This document shows positions 1 to 8,671 of a DNA stretch of 26,880 nt, piece by piece. Within the stretch, counting starts at the first letter, position 1. Every line of letters begins with the position of its first letter. The stretch is from IMG/VR virus record IMGVR_UViG_3300049201_000036, positions 1 through 26,880 of that record; one strand, given 5' to 3'. The DNA comes from a virus. Its lineage: Duplodnaviria > Caudoviricetes. The notes below the pieces were generated by a model. It was not told the origin of the DNA. It made no database searches and saw only the letters and a list, made by a program, of their open reading frames with translations. The translations under genes and the position numbers were made by a program.

Positions 1-477
1 CCCGCCTGTGTAACCCCCCCCCCCCCCCTCCTCCTCCCACTTCTGGCCCTCCTTGCGAACGGTGAAGCCGAAGGAGCTTTGGTCTACGTCGCCGCGGGCG
101 AGCGAAACCATGAGGTCGCGGCCTGCCTGCGTGTCGGGCGCTTCGAACTCATACCAGAGCCCGCGCTCATCCACGCCGAGGGAGAGCGTGCCTTTTCCGT
201 CGCCCTTTGAGCGGGCAAGGATCAGGTTTGAATCGTGGTTGAACAGTGCGCGGACGTCGTCCTTCAGCACGTCATCGAATGCGCCGACGTCGATGCGCTC
301 GATCATCCGGTATTTCTCGGTGCCGAGGTTTTCGGAGTCGGAATTGAAGACGGCGGCGTATCCGCGAACCTTGCGCTTGGCGCTGGCGCCCTCGCCTTCG
401 GAGCGGAGCTCGACGGCGCCCGCGGTGAAGCGGCGCTCAATGGGTGGCTGGTTGAAGGCTGGCGTGGCGGTGCTCAT
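1..477 (-). CDS. HK97-family prohead protease (3' end runs off the window)
   Basis: Not in the ORF track. Manual translation from ATG 477 gives MSTATPAFNQPPIERRF...VRGYAAVFNSDSENLG...VRALFNHDSNLILARS...GTLSLGVDERGLWYEF...RGDVDQSSFGF, with the NH and SFGF motifs of this family. It lies directly downstream of the portal. Confidence 0.92.
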   Translation of the reverse strand, partial: MSTATPAFNQPPIERRFTAGAVELRSEGEGASAKRKVRGYAAVFNSDSENLGTEKYRMIERIDVGAFDDVLKDDVRALFNHDSNLILARSKGDGKGTLSLGVDERGLWYEFEAPDTQAGRDLMVSLARGDVDQSSFGFTVRKEGQKWEEEGGGGGYTGG

Positions 478-479
478 GG

Positions 480-1787
480 TCAGGCGGCGGCGGGTTCGGT
501 CTTGGGATCGGCCGCGGGCTCATTGGCCGGCGTGCCGCTTGAAGAGGAGTTGAGCGGGGCGCGGGCGTCATCCATGCCGGGCGCGTCACTCTTGGAGTAG
601 CCCAACCACTCGCGGGAATCGTTCGGCGAGAACACGCCCGTCGTCCGCATCGTGGAGATGAACGCGGCTTGAGCTTGCAGCGCCACGGCCGCGATTTCCT
701 CGCGGTCGAACTTGAAGCGGAGGCCCGCGCGAAGCTCGTCGGTGGTGAGCAGCGTGTAGTTTAGCGACTGCTCCCAGTTCACGAGCCACGGATTCAGGCA
801 GTAGGCGAGCAGCGCCAAATTCATCTGTTCGATGCCGGCGCCGAAGCTGGTCGCGGCGGTCGTGTCGCCGATGAGGACGGGCGGAATGCGGTAGAGTCGC
901 GCGATCTCCTGGAGCTCGAAACGCCGGGATTCTATAAACTCTGCGTCGCGCGCGGACATGCCGCCAACGGCCTTGAATTGAACACCCCACAAGACGGGGG
1001 TCTTTCCGGAGTTTCCGGCGCCTTCGTGGCGGGCGGCCCACTCGCGTCGGACGTCCTCAAGCTGATCCTTGCGAAGCGCGGCCGGCGCTTCAATGACTCC
1101 ACCGAAGCGGGCGCCGTTGCTAATCATCCGGCCGGAAGCCTCGCGTTGCGCAATGCTCGTCCCGATGGACTCGCGCAGCATGGTAACGGGCGAACGGCCC
1201 ATTATCCCGTCGGTCGATAGCGCGCGGACGTGCGCGATGTCGTAGCGCGTGAGCAGATTTCGCTCACCGTTGACACGGTAGGTGATGAAGCGCTGGCCAG
1301 TCAGGCGCTGCGGGCAGACATCCACCGGGGAAAGCCACTCAAGCTCGCCGGGGTTGCCGGCGCCGTCGCGGTGCACGCGGGCGTAACCGTTGCCACCGAG
1401 ACCGGCGCCCGTTTGCACGAGCTGCCGCATTTCAAAAGAGGTGTGAAGGTCGCCCGGGCGCTCGATTGCCTGCGCGGCCGGGTGGTTCTTGAACGGGACG
1501 TCGCCGCGGTCGGTCTCACGCACGAGGTGGCAAGGCAGAAGCGCAACCATGTCAGCCAGCAGGCCGACACATGCGGTTACAGCGGAGACGCCTAGCGCCG
1601 TGTGAGTGTTGACTGCCGCACCAGATGAGGAGCTAGACCCGACAAAGATCTCGTAAGCCCGGTCGCTATTGAGCGAGTAGTTACCGCTCCTTTCCTCGCC
1701 GCGCTCAGCCAAGGCCCGCTCTGCCTGAAGCGCGCGATTGCGCCAGACGACCGGATGGTCCTTGCGGTTGATCGGGAAGAAGCCCAC
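480..1787 (-). CDS. Phage portal protein, HK97 family
   Basis: 435 aa with AVTACVGLLADMVALLP, GNGYARV, HVRALSTDGIMGRSP, EFIESRRFELQEIARLYRIPP and NPWLVNWEQSLN motifs; sits between TerL and the protease. Confidence 0.95.
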   Translation of the reverse strand: MGFFPINRKDHPVVWRNRALQAERALAERGEERSGNYSLNSDRAYEIFVGSSSSSGAAVNTHTALGVSAVTACVGLLADMVALLPCHLVRETDRGDVPFKNHPAAQAIERPGDLHTSFEMRQLVQTGAGLGGNGYARVHRDGAGNPGELEWLSPVDVCPQRLTGQRFITYRVNGERNLLTRYDIAHVRALSTDGIMGRSPVTMLRESIGTSIAQREASGRMISNGARFGGVIEAPAALRKDQLEDVRREWAARHEGAGNSGKTPVLWGVQFKAVGGMSARDAEFIESRRFELQEIARLYRIPPVLIGDTTAATSFGAGIEQMNLALLAYCLNPWLVNWEQSLNYTLLTTDELRAGLRFKFDREEIAAVALQAQAAFISTMRTTGVFSPNDSREWLGYSKSDAPGMDDARAPLNSSSSGTPANEPAADPKTEPAAA

Positions 1788-1887
1788 GCCGGCGAGCGTG
1801 GGAAGTATCCGCTTTCCCGCTACACCACAGCCCGCTCATTTTCTTACGGCTCCTTGCGGTTCCGTGCAAAAACTTGACGCCGCGGAC

Positions 1888-3717
1888 CTACACCATCGCC
1901 ATTCCAGCGGCGGGCGCGGGGTTGGCCTGTGATTGCTGGCGGGAAAAAAGCGCCATGGCTAGCGCGGCCATGCCATCGATGCGGCCCGTGTTTTTGTATT
2001 TCGCAAGCAGCATCCCCCCGCTTTGACCACGAAGAATAATTGCGTTTCTCGCGTGATTTTCGGCGATTGGATTTCCTCCGTGGTCGAGAGATCGCGAAAC
2101 GACATACCGCTCCATTTCGAGAAGCGGCGCTGTCATGGTGGAGTATCGCTGCAAACACGTGAGTGTTGGCATGCCGTGCTCGTCCTGAAACCGCTGCCCG
2201 ATTGCTCGCGCGTAGGCAGGATCATAGGAAATGAAGCCTAATTCGGAATCGGCAATTTGGTCTACGATGTCCTTTTCGATTTGCACTATGTCCGAAACGT
2301 TTCCCGGTGTCAGAGTCAGAAAGCCCTCGCACGCCCATAAGTCGTATGGCAAATGGTCCCTTGAGCAGCGGCCTATAAGGTCTTCGTCCGGCACCCAAAA
2401 ACGCCAGGCCGCAAGTAATCTGTTTGGGTTTTCGGGGTCTTCTGCGATAGCGCAGAATGCGCTTAGATCACCACTTAGGGCTAGGTCGAGTCCGCACCAA
2501 ACACGCAATCCTTTCATTCGCTCCCAGCACTCTCCGTGTGACAGTGGGCTGACGCTTCCTGAGCACCACGCTTCTGGGTCGAGCCAGCGCTCGGGTCCGG
2601 TGGTCTGGCGGATGTTGAGCTGCTTTGTGAGGAAGTCGCGGCGGGCCGACATGGAGGAGCGCGCGCCGGCCATGAGGGAGCGCATTTCGCCGAGGTCTTT
2701 CACGGTGCCGAGCGATGGGTTTGCCTTGTGCCATGTCGCCTCGTCGTCCCACTTGTCGCCCTTGTCCGGCTGCCAGAGGGCGCCGAAGTAAATGCCTTCG
2801 TCGGCGGTCGAGCCCTCGGGCAGGCCGCGGTAGGTTTCGCGCTCAACCGCCTCGAGCACGGCGACGACGCGGTCGTCCTGCTCTTTGAGGAGGCCGCAAG
2901 GGTCGTCGCCCTCGGTGGTGATTTGCAGGATGAGCGGAGAGAAAGCGGCGCCGCAGGCCGAGTTCATTACGTCCCACAAGCGGCGATCCTTCCACGCGTG
3001 GAGCTCGTCCATGTTGACCAACTCGGGGCGCAGGCCGTCGAGCGTGTCAGAATCGGAGCCGAGCGGTATCCACTCCGAGTTGCTGGCGTGGTGCTTGAGT
3101 GTCTTGTGATAGGCGCGGAAGTGTGGCGACCACTCGGCGCTCGTGCGAAGGAGCCCCATCGCGTCGTCTTTCAGCGCGATCTTGGCAATCTCCTCCTTGG
3201 TCGCGAGCGAGTAGACTTTTGCGTTGGAGCCCGGCGGGGGGTGCGAGAGCTGGAAGAGGCCGAGCGGCGCGATGAAGCCGGTTTTCCCGTTCTTGCGGGG
3301 GACCTTTATGAGCGCGTAGCGGAAGCGGCGTTTTTGCGGGTTCTCACGCTTCCGCCATCCGAAGATCATCGCGGCGCAGAAACGTTGCCACGGCAGGAAG
3401 CGCAGCGGTTCGCCGGCCCCGTGGCCCTGCAAGCCCTTGAACTCGGCGGCGAAGGCGGCGGGACGCGCGGCGCGGCGCACGTCGTAGACGAATGGATACG
3501 AGGCGCTGCGGGAAAAACCGAGGTCGAGCGCGTGGCGTTTGCACGCGAGGTGCACCCAGCGATTATGCTTCTTGGGGTGGGCGGCGACGTCCTCGGCGAA
3601 AGGGCGCGCCGGATCGTCTTGCGGGTAGGCGGCGAGATCCTTGGCGGTGAACACCCACCGCTTGGCTTTCAACTTGGCCGCCCGGCCGGCGCGCGGCTTG
3701 GGCGCGACGGGTGTCAT
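1888..3717 (-). CDS. terL: Terminase large subunit
   Basis: Adenine-binding LPWQRF, Walker A VPRKNGKT, Walker B MDELH, motif C ITTEG, nuclease GLDL, YDP and IDGMAAL. Start placed at ATG 3717, which overlaps the upstream stop (ATGA). Confidence 0.95.
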   Translation of the reverse strand: MTPVAPKPRAGRAAKLKAKRWVFTAKDLAAYPQDDPARPFAEDVAAHPKKHNRWVHLACKRHALDLGFSRSASYPFVYDVRRAARPAAFAAEFKGLQGHGAGEPLRFLPWQRFCAAMIFGWRKRENPQKRRFRYALIKVPRKNGKTGFIAPLGLFQLSHPPPGSNAKVYSLATKEEIAKIALKDDAMGLLRTSAEWSPHFRAYHKTLKHHASNSEWIPLGSDSDTLDGLRPELVNMDELHAWKDRRLWDVMNSACGAAFSPLILQITTEGDDPCGLLKEQDDRVVAVLEAVERETYRGLPEGSTADEGIYFGALWQPDKGDKWDDEATWHKANPSLGTVKDLGEMRSLMAGARSSMSARRDFLTKQLNIRQTTGPERWLDPEAWCSGSVSPLSHGECWERMKGLRVWCGLDLALSGDLSAFCAIAEDPENPNRLLAAWRFWVPDEDLIGRCSRDHLPYDLWACEGFLTLTPGNVSDIVQIEKDIVDQIADSELGFISYDPAYARAIGQRFQDEHGMPTLTCLQRYSTMTAPLLEMERYVVSRSLDHGGNPIAENHARNAIILRGQSGGMLLAKYKNTGRIDGMAALAMALFSRQQSQANPAPAAGMAMV

Positions 3718-3977
3718 GTTGGCAGCGAGAACAGGCCGGCGGCGCGTCGAGTGGAGGAGCGAGGCGACCACTCGGGGTGCGCGAGTATCCAGGCGACGGC
3801 ATCGGACGCGCGAACAGTGTAGCGGCAGGCGACAGGGGCGCCGGTTTCGCGCATGGCCTTGATGAGCCGCTGCGCATCCCACTCGGAATTGACGCGCTCA
3901 AGCCCGGCCGCAGCGAGGGCGTCGGGCAGCTCCTTGGAGCCAAGGAATCGCTCGGGCTTCGCGGCGGGTGCGATCAT
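3714..3977 (-). CDS. Small hypothetical protein between TerS and TerL, possibly DNA-binding
   Basis: 87-aa ORF coupled by ATGA overlaps to both neighbours. Confidence 0.65.
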   Translation of the reverse strand: MIAPAAKPERFLGSKELPDALAAAGLERVNSEWDAQRLIKAMRETGAPVACRYTVRASDAVAWILAHPEWSPRSSTRRAAGLFSLPT

Positions 3978-4423
3978 GCGGCGTCGGCGCCGTGCTCGGC
4001 GGCGAATGCAGCGGGGCCGGTCGGTGAATCGGATGCAGGCAAGCCGGCGGGCGAGCCGGACCGCGCACGGGCGGCAGGCGACAGGCCAAGTTTATCAGCG
4101 CAGCGTTCAATAGTCTTCTGGCTGGATATGCGGATATTGACCAGCGGGTTCACATACTGCCCGCCAGCTCCGGATGTGAGCGCCATGTTGTCCGGATTTA
4201 TCTTGCGCGAAAGCTCCGCGGCTTCGTTCACCGCCTGCGCATAGATCGCTAGCAAAACCGAGTCCGCCGCGGTCAACGTCTTCACGGTATCCGCGATGCG
4301 CCGATACTCCGCAGCCGCTCCCGGAAGCAGCCAGTCAGGCGGAGGCGGCAACGGCTCACCGGCCGACGTGTTGCCGGTTTTGTTGCCAGTCGCGGCGCGC
4401 GGAAGTGGTCCTCGTTGGCCCAT
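3974..4423 (-). CDS. terS: Terminase small subunit, P27 family
   Basis: MGQRGPLP N-terminus, PPDWL, LAIYAQA, YVNPLV and KLGLSPAARAR motifs; upstream of terL. Confidence 0.88.
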   Translation of the reverse strand: MGQRGPLPRAATGNKTGNTSAGEPLPPPPDWLLPGAAAEYRRIADTVKTLTAADSVLLAIYAQAVNEAAELSRKINPDNMALTSGAGGQYVNPLVNIRISSQKTIERCADKLGLSPAARARSGSPAGLPASDSPTGPAAFAAEHGADAA

Positions 4424-4425
4424 GG

Positions 4426-4611
4426 TTAGGCATTAGCCGAAGCCCATGCCTCGGCCGCTTCCCTCGTCTCGAAGGGGATAAGGCTAATCGGCTGATGCTT
4501 CCACACTCCGTCTTTCCCTACGAAAGCGGCGCTAAACTTGCCTCGCTTGCCCGAGTAGTCGACGACGATGAAGCCGCCCGCGTAATCTTCGATTTGGATC
4601 TGGTCGCTCAT
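4426..4611 (-). CDS. Hypothetical protein (61 aa)
   Basis: MSDQIQIEDY...FETREAAEAWASANA fills the gap between HNH and terS. Confidence 0.6.
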   Translation of the reverse strand: MSDQIQIEDYAGGFIVVDYSGKRGKFSAAFVGKDGVWKHQPISLIPFETREAAEAWASANA

Positions 4612-4616
4612 GGTTT

Positions 4617-4949
4617 TTAGTCTTTCCGCGTCAGCCCCGCACGCCGGTCCGCGTGAGTCTTCACGGCGTGGCATCGGCGGCAGAGCGATTGATGGTTGTC
4701 TGGGTTGAAAAAGTTGGCGTCGGACTCGCCGTGAACCGGCGTGATGTGGTCGACCAACTCGGCGAGCGTTGACCGATTCACCGACAGGCACCGCGCGCAA
4801 AGCGGATTCTGCGCGAGGTGTAGCGCTGCCGCCTTCTGCCACCTCGCACCATACCCACGCGCAGCCGAAGACGGGCGACGGTCAACCCGCGCGACCGTTG
4901 GCGCGGTAATTCTCGGGCGGGCTCCTAAAGTTGGTGGACGTTGCGGCAT
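4617..4949 (-). CDS. HNH endonuclease (terminase-associated, HK97 gp74-like)
   Basis: SAARGYGARW, NPLCARC, VDHITPV and NHQSLCRRCHAVKT motifs; adjacent to the packaging genes. Confidence 0.92.
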   Translation of the reverse strand: MPQRPPTLGARPRITAPTVARVDRRPSSAARGYGARWQKAAALHLAQNPLCARCLSVNRSTLAELVDHITPVHGESDANFFNPDNHQSLCRRCHAVKTHADRRAGLTRKD

Positions 4950-5245
4950 TTTCGCGAGCGCTGCGACAGGGTGACGCAATAGCACAACCCACGACTAGTG
5001 CACAAGCAGAAACCCCCGCCCCTATCAAAACTCCCTGTGTTTTCTTGAAGACACCAAGTGTGGTCTAGGCTGTTGGTCCATAGGCTTTTACCCCTCCCCC
5101 GGGGTGCGATATTGATCTGTAATGGATACGTGAATACATTTAGACTCGACAGGCCTCCCGAAGGGTGAAAGCCGTATAGCATACGGTTGCGCGCCGACGC
5201 GAAGCGCAGGCGGCAAGGCGAGCGGGAGCGGTAAGCCTTTGCTGG

Positions 5246-5410
5246 TTATACGTGTGCCTTGGTTGCCGGCTCACATGTGGAGATCAGTGCCATCAGCCGG
5301 CCAATTTCCTCGTCCTTGCACTGAACCTTGGCATTTGCGATGTCTCGTTCCTTGCGGGCGTCGTCCAGCTTGGATTCGAGCTCGTTGGTTTCCCCGCCGG
5401 ATCGAACCGC
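5246..5410 (-). pseudogene. Probable frameshifted coiled-coil cassette gene remnant
   Basis: One frame reads ETNELESKLDDARKERDIANAKVQCKDEEIGRLMALISTCEPATKAHV* and stops in the GTTATAC box, but has an upstream in-frame stop and no clear start. Confidence 0.4.
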
Positions 5411-5412
5411 TC

Positions 5413-5532
5413 AGCGAACCAAGCGATACCGCTCTTGGGCTGATGCGTGCAAGTAGGTCCGCCGAGTGTGGCGACGATGTTGCGAGCGAGGCAGGCGGGG
5501 CAGTGGTCGGGTGCGATGCTTATTGGTTGAGC
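5413..5532 (+). repeat. Degenerate attC-like site (candidate)
   Basis: AGCGAAC-CAAGC at the left and GTTGAGC at the right, overlapping the end of ORF 5520-5816; arm pairing is weak. Confidence 0.35.
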
Positions 5533-5816
5533 GCGGATCGCTTCATGGCGCTTTCGATTTCGCTGAGTGCGGCGCGAATAGCCTGCTCGGCATCCAGCGG
5601 GGCGTGTGACCCCTTTGCGCCGACTGCTATCCATCCGGCCATCCAGTTGATGAGAGAGTAGGGGATTTCGTAGCGCAGTCCGGCGTAAGTCAGGATGGCC
5701 ACCGGCTCGGGCGGAACCGCAGGCCAAGCCGAAGGCCGCCACAAGAGAGCCGAATCAGGCACTGAGGAAGGAAGGCCGGTATCTGCCGGCGGTTGGGAGT
5801 TGGTTGGTGTTTCCAT
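5520..5816 (-). CDS. Hypothetical cassette protein whose N-terminus is encoded in the attC-like site
   Basis: 98 aa; N-terminus METPTNSQPPADTG is nearly the same as that of ORF 8120-8614. Confidence 0.65.
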   Translation of the reverse strand: METPTNSQPPADTGLPSSVPDSALLWRPSAWPAVPPEPVAILTYAGLRYEIPYSLINWMAGWIAVGAKGSHAPLDAEQAIRAALSEIESAMKRSALNQ

Positions 5817-5918
5817 GGTTGCGAGGATAGCTCATCCCGTGCGATGGCGACAACCCCGCAGGCGATGTTGTGCACGGTCTGATATACAAACGGCCGTTGG
5901 CTGAATCAGTGGTTAGGC
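5749..5918 (+). repeat. Degenerate attC-like site A
   Basis: GCCGAAT-CAGGC ... GTTAGGC; shares a 45-bp block (42/45) with site F. Confidence 0.55.
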
Positions 5919-6179
5919 GGAAATGGGTTCGGGGCGTTTCACGCCGGAGAATCCGCGGCGCTTGAGCTTCACTTCGACCTTGCCGACCGTCTTTCCGCGA
6001 CGGTCCTTGGCGGTCCAGTAGGCGTATCCGCCTTGCCACCACAGACTGTCGCCCTCGGATATGGAGCGAGCCTCCGCCGTGTTCTCGACGTAGATTGCGC
6101 AGGTGTCGCGCTTGTCCTGAGTGTTCACCCATACGCGATCACCGACGACGATTGTTTCGATTACTTTTCCACCGACCAT
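5913..6179 (-). CDS. Hypothetical cassette protein (beta-rich, 88 aa)
   Basis: AAGGA RBS upstream; TAA stop lies inside GTTAGGC; bounded by complementary R boxes. Confidence 0.8.
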   Translation of the reverse strand: MVGGKVIETIVVGDRVWVNTQDKRDTCAIYVENTAEARSISEGDSLWWQGGYAYWTAKDRRGKTVGKVEVKLKRRGFSGVKRPEPISA

Positions 6180-6225
6180 TTTAGTTCCTTTGTTGAGGTT
6201 GATTTTTACTCGAAAGATTTGAGGC

Positions 6226-6283
6226 GCCTAACCGGCCGCCGGTCGCAACGGGGCTACGCCCCGCGCGACGCCTCGGTGTTGGG
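6226..6283 (+). repeat. attC-like site B (58 bp)
   Basis: GCCTAAC-cggcc-gccggtcgc...gcgacgcc-tcggt-GTTGGGT, with one extra base in the left arm. Confidence 0.85.
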
Positions 6284-6478
6284 TAGAGACTGAAAGCGGT
6301 CCGCCGTTAACATCGTGACAAACGCGCATCCGGAGTCTGGCCCGGCTGCTTCGATGCCTTGGTCGGTCACGAAAATGGACATCTTGAGTTCCTCGCACCA
6401 AAACTGGATGCGATCAGGAGCGGCCACGCGGACGAATGTGAGGTTTTCGGTATGCTCGAATTTTTGTTTGGGAGTCAT
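6254..6478 (-). CDS. Hypothetical cassette protein (74 aa)
   Basis: Fills the B-C interval; C-terminus PNTEASRGA is read from site B. Confidence 0.7.
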   Translation of the reverse strand: MTPKQKFEHTENLTFVRVAAPDRIQFWCEELKMSIFVTDQGIEAAGPDSGCAFVTMLTADRFQSLPNTEASRGA

Positions 6479-6489
6479 GAGGGAAAATT

Positions 6490-6616
6490 GCCCAACCAGG
6501 CGGCGGGAAACAACGCTCGGGGCTCGCTGTGAACTATCCGGAATTTCAGGATAGTTGGCCGTTGTGTATTTCAGTTTTGGTTACGCTCGCGGGCGTTGCT
6601 GGTATCGGTGTTAGGC
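6490..6616 (+). repeat. attC-like site C (127 bp) with inner palindrome
   Basis: GCCCAAC-caggc...caacgctcggg / cgcgggcgttg...tcggt-GTTAGGC. Confidence 0.75.
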
Positions 6617-6822
6617 ATGATGATTTCCGCGTTGCCCGCGTAGGATGTCCCGGCATCCCGGTAGAACCACCAAGCGCCGCACGAGCTATCGACCGCGAAG
6701 CTATGGCCATCGGCGCAGCACACGGTCATCTCCATGTCGCCGGCTTTGTGCGCGATGTTGTCGGAGTGATTTCGCACCATGACTTTATCGCCGATCTGGA
6801 TGTTACTGAGTTTTGTTTTCAT
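6571..6822 (-). CDS. Hypothetical cassette protein (MKTKLSNIQIGDKV...)
   Basis: Fills the C-D interval; C-terminus is read from site C. Confidence 0.7.
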   Translation of the reverse strand: MKTKLSNIQIGDKVMVRNHSDNIAHKAGDMEMTVCCADGHSFAVDSSCGAWWFYRDAGTSYAGNAEIIMPNTDTSNARERNQN

Positions 6823-6834
6823 GGGAAATCTGGA

Positions 6835-6921
6835 GCCCAACTAGGCGGTAGAGAAACAACGCTCGATGCTCGCCGTGAGCTATCCGGAAATTCCGGATAG
6901 TTGGCTGGAACGGTGTTCACC
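6835..6921 (+). repeat. Truncated or hybrid attC-like site D
   Basis: The left ~73 bp repeat the left part of site C; the right arm does not pair; ends cggt-GTTCACC on the DnaC-like stop codon. Confidence 0.6.
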
Positions 6922-7636
6922 GCGCGAAGTCGACGACCTCGCAGATATCCAAGAGGCGGGTCAGGATCGCGTCTTGTCGGATGGCGTTGCGGTCGTTTGT
7001 GCCGGCGATTTCGGCCGAGCGGAGGTTGGTCGAGGCGATGAGCGGAAGGGCGAGCTCGCGGCGGATGTCGAGGAACTGCATAAACCAGCCCTCCGACCAA
7101 TCGGCGCGGGCTGAGAGCATGGCCTGCTGCCCGATGTCATCCATGATGAATACGGGGGCGTTGGCTTGGTCGCGCACCCATCGGCGGGCGTCGTCGGTGC
7201 CGTAGCGAACCTGCTCGTTGAGGCGGGCGAACCAGTCGGCCGCTTTGGCGTAGCGCACGGTGACGCGCTCGTCGATGGCGAGGCGGCGGTATAGATCCGC
7301 AATCGCGCGGGTCTTGCCGCGGCCGGACGGACCGGCTGCCAGGATGCCGCGCGGGGATAGCTGCCAGCCGCGAATGCGTGCGATTTGCGGGGCATACGGG
7401 GCAAGGTTGGGGTTGTCCCACTGGGTGGTGCGGTATGTCGGCCCGATGTCGCTTTCGTAGGCTGCCAGCCGAGCGGCCGCGACCTGCTCGGCGATCATGC
7501 GGGCGGCTCGGGCTTGGCGGCGGGTTGCGATCTCCTCGGGCGACTCGGCCGGTATGCTCGCCATGTCCACGCCGAGTTGGGCGGCGAGAACGGCGACAAA
7601 GTCGGCGACTGGGGCGGGAGATTCGCGGGTGCTCAT
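6917..7636 (-). CDS. DnaC/IstB-like AAA+ ATPase (helicase loader)
   Basis: Walker A GPSGRGKT, Walker B FIMDDIG, IASTNL sensor and ILTRL; start placed at ATG 7636. Confidence 0.88.
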   Translation of the reverse strand: MSTRESPAPVADFVAVLAAQLGVDMASIPAESPEEIATRRQARAARMIAEQVAAARLAAYESDIGPTYRTTQWDNPNLAPYAPQIARIRGWQLSPRGILAAGPSGRGKTRAIADLYRRLAIDERVTVRYAKAADWFARLNEQVRYGTDDARRWVRDQANAPVFIMDDIGQQAMLSARADWSEGWFMQFLDIRRELALPLIASTNLRSAEIAGTNDRNAIRQDAILTRLLDICEVVDFAR

Positions 7637-7673
7637 GTTATCCGACGCTGAGTCGCACAATCACTTGTTCAGC
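7631..7673 (+). repeat. attI-like site 1 (40-bp repeat copy 1 plus R box GTTCAGC)
   Basis: GCTCATGTTATCCGACGCTGAGTCGCACAATCACTTGTTC, 38/40 identical to 13005-13044; not a hairpin; heads array 2. Confidence 0.7.
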
Positions 7674-8058
7674 AAAGCGCAGCAGCTGCCTTTTCCAGCG
7701 CCTCGGCTTCTTCTAGTGCCCGGCGTGCTTCCGCGCGTTTTTCAGCCGCCTTTTCCGCTGGATTATCCGCCATCTGGCTTCGCAGGTGTGTGATAGCCGA
7801 CGAGACCGTTGCGTGCGTCATCGCAAGCGCCCGCCCCGGCCCATGCATGGTCCACGAGAGATCGTAGTATGGGTTTTCCTGCCACCGGTATTCGCGCAGA
7901 TTACAGTTTAGTTCGAGATCGGGGGTGAGCAGCCCAGCGGAGCGGCTCGCCGAAAGACGCGCAGCGACCCACATACAGACATCGGCTTCGGTGATGCGAT
8001 CGAGAATTGTCAGGTCGATTTGATCGGCCGGGATTTTGGTGTATTCGGACATGTGCAT
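7669..8058 (-). CDS. Hypothetical cassette protein (129 aa, helical C-terminus)
   Basis: TGA stop inside GTTCAGC; fills the attI-like 1 to E interval. Confidence 0.75.
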   Translation of the reverse strand: MHMSEYTKIPADQIDLTILDRITEADVCMWVAARLSASRSAGLLTPDLELNCNLREYRWQENPYYDLSWTMHGPGRALAMTHATVSSAITHLRSQMADNPAEKAAEKRAEARRALEEAEALEKAAAALC

Positions 8059-8083
8059 GTTTTTGTGAGGTTAAATTTTCGGA

Positions 8084-8189
8084 GCTGAACCAGGGCGCCA
8101 GAGCCAATGCGAATGGGCGTCAGGGGTTATTCGATAAGCGGCCAACGGACGGGCCTCGCCCGTCGCATGGCTCACCGCCGTTGTTCGAC
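8084..8189 (+). repeat. attC-like site E (106 bp)
   Basis: GCTGAAC...gagccaatgcgaatgggcg / cgcccgtcgcatggctc...GTTCGAC with extra bases in the left arm. Confidence 0.9.
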
Positions 8190-8614
8190 GAACCGGCGAG
8201 GGCCTGCTCGACGTCGAGGTGGAGCCACGAGTGCTCGTAGAGGATTCCGCCATGCTCCTTCGCCGCGGCGTGCACCTTCGCCAGAAGGTCCCGGTGCTGG
8301 ACGTTGCAGCGCGCGGCGAGACGGGCCTCGAAAGCACGGAGGTATCCCGGCGCGGCGAAGCCCTGTAGCCACGAGATCAGGGCGTTTTCGTTCGCCCCCT
8401 TGCCGTCCTCATCGTCGGGGATCACGCCGCCTGTCATGCGGCCGCGGTCCGGCTTATCGTGCCGGCGCTCGATCAGGAAGAGTGTCGTCTTCGGATCGTC
8501 GGCGAGATACCCGCGGAGCCATGCTCCGTCGGCATCCCACAAAATCGTCGAACCAGTCGCTGGAGGAGGAACGCCGGTAGCTGCCGGCGGTTGGGAGTTG
8601 GTTGGATTTTCCAT
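8120..8614 (-). CDS. Hypothetical cassette protein (164 aa)
   Basis: Starts inside site F and stops inside site E. Confidence 0.7.
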   Translation of the reverse strand: MENPTNSQPPAATGVPPPATGSTILWDADGAWLRGYLADDPKTTLFLIERRHDKPDRGRMTGGVIPDDEDGKGANENALISWLQGFAAPGYLRAFEARLAARCNVQHRDLLAKVHAAAKEHGGILYEHSWLHLDVEQALAGSSNNGGEPCDGRGPSVGRLSNNP

Positions 8615-8671
8615 GGTCAGAGAGAGGGCGAGGCATCGCCGCCACCGGCGTTCCTCAGCTGGTTGTTAGGC
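8547..8671 (+). repeat. attC-like site F (125 bp)
   Basis: GTCGAAC-cagtc-gctggag..gaggaacgccggtagc / gccaccggcgttcctcagc-tggtt-GTTAGGC. Confidence 0.9.

Larger units (their letters stand above)
5245..6921 (+). mobile_element. Integron-like cassette array 1 (left part degenerate)
   Basis: Small minus-strand ORFs separated by attC-like sites at 5413, 5749, 6226, 6490 and 6835; ends at the DnaC-like gene stop. Confidence 0.7.

Noticed and set aside
4425-4431. GTTAGGC on the stop of ORF 4426-4611 as a cassette boundary
   Set aside because: There is no partner R'' box or hairpin nearby; probably a chance GCC-TAA-C.
5775-8617. Diversity-generating retroelement template/variable repeat pair
   Set aside because: No reverse transcriptase is present, the repeats are short and the mismatches are not adenine-specific.
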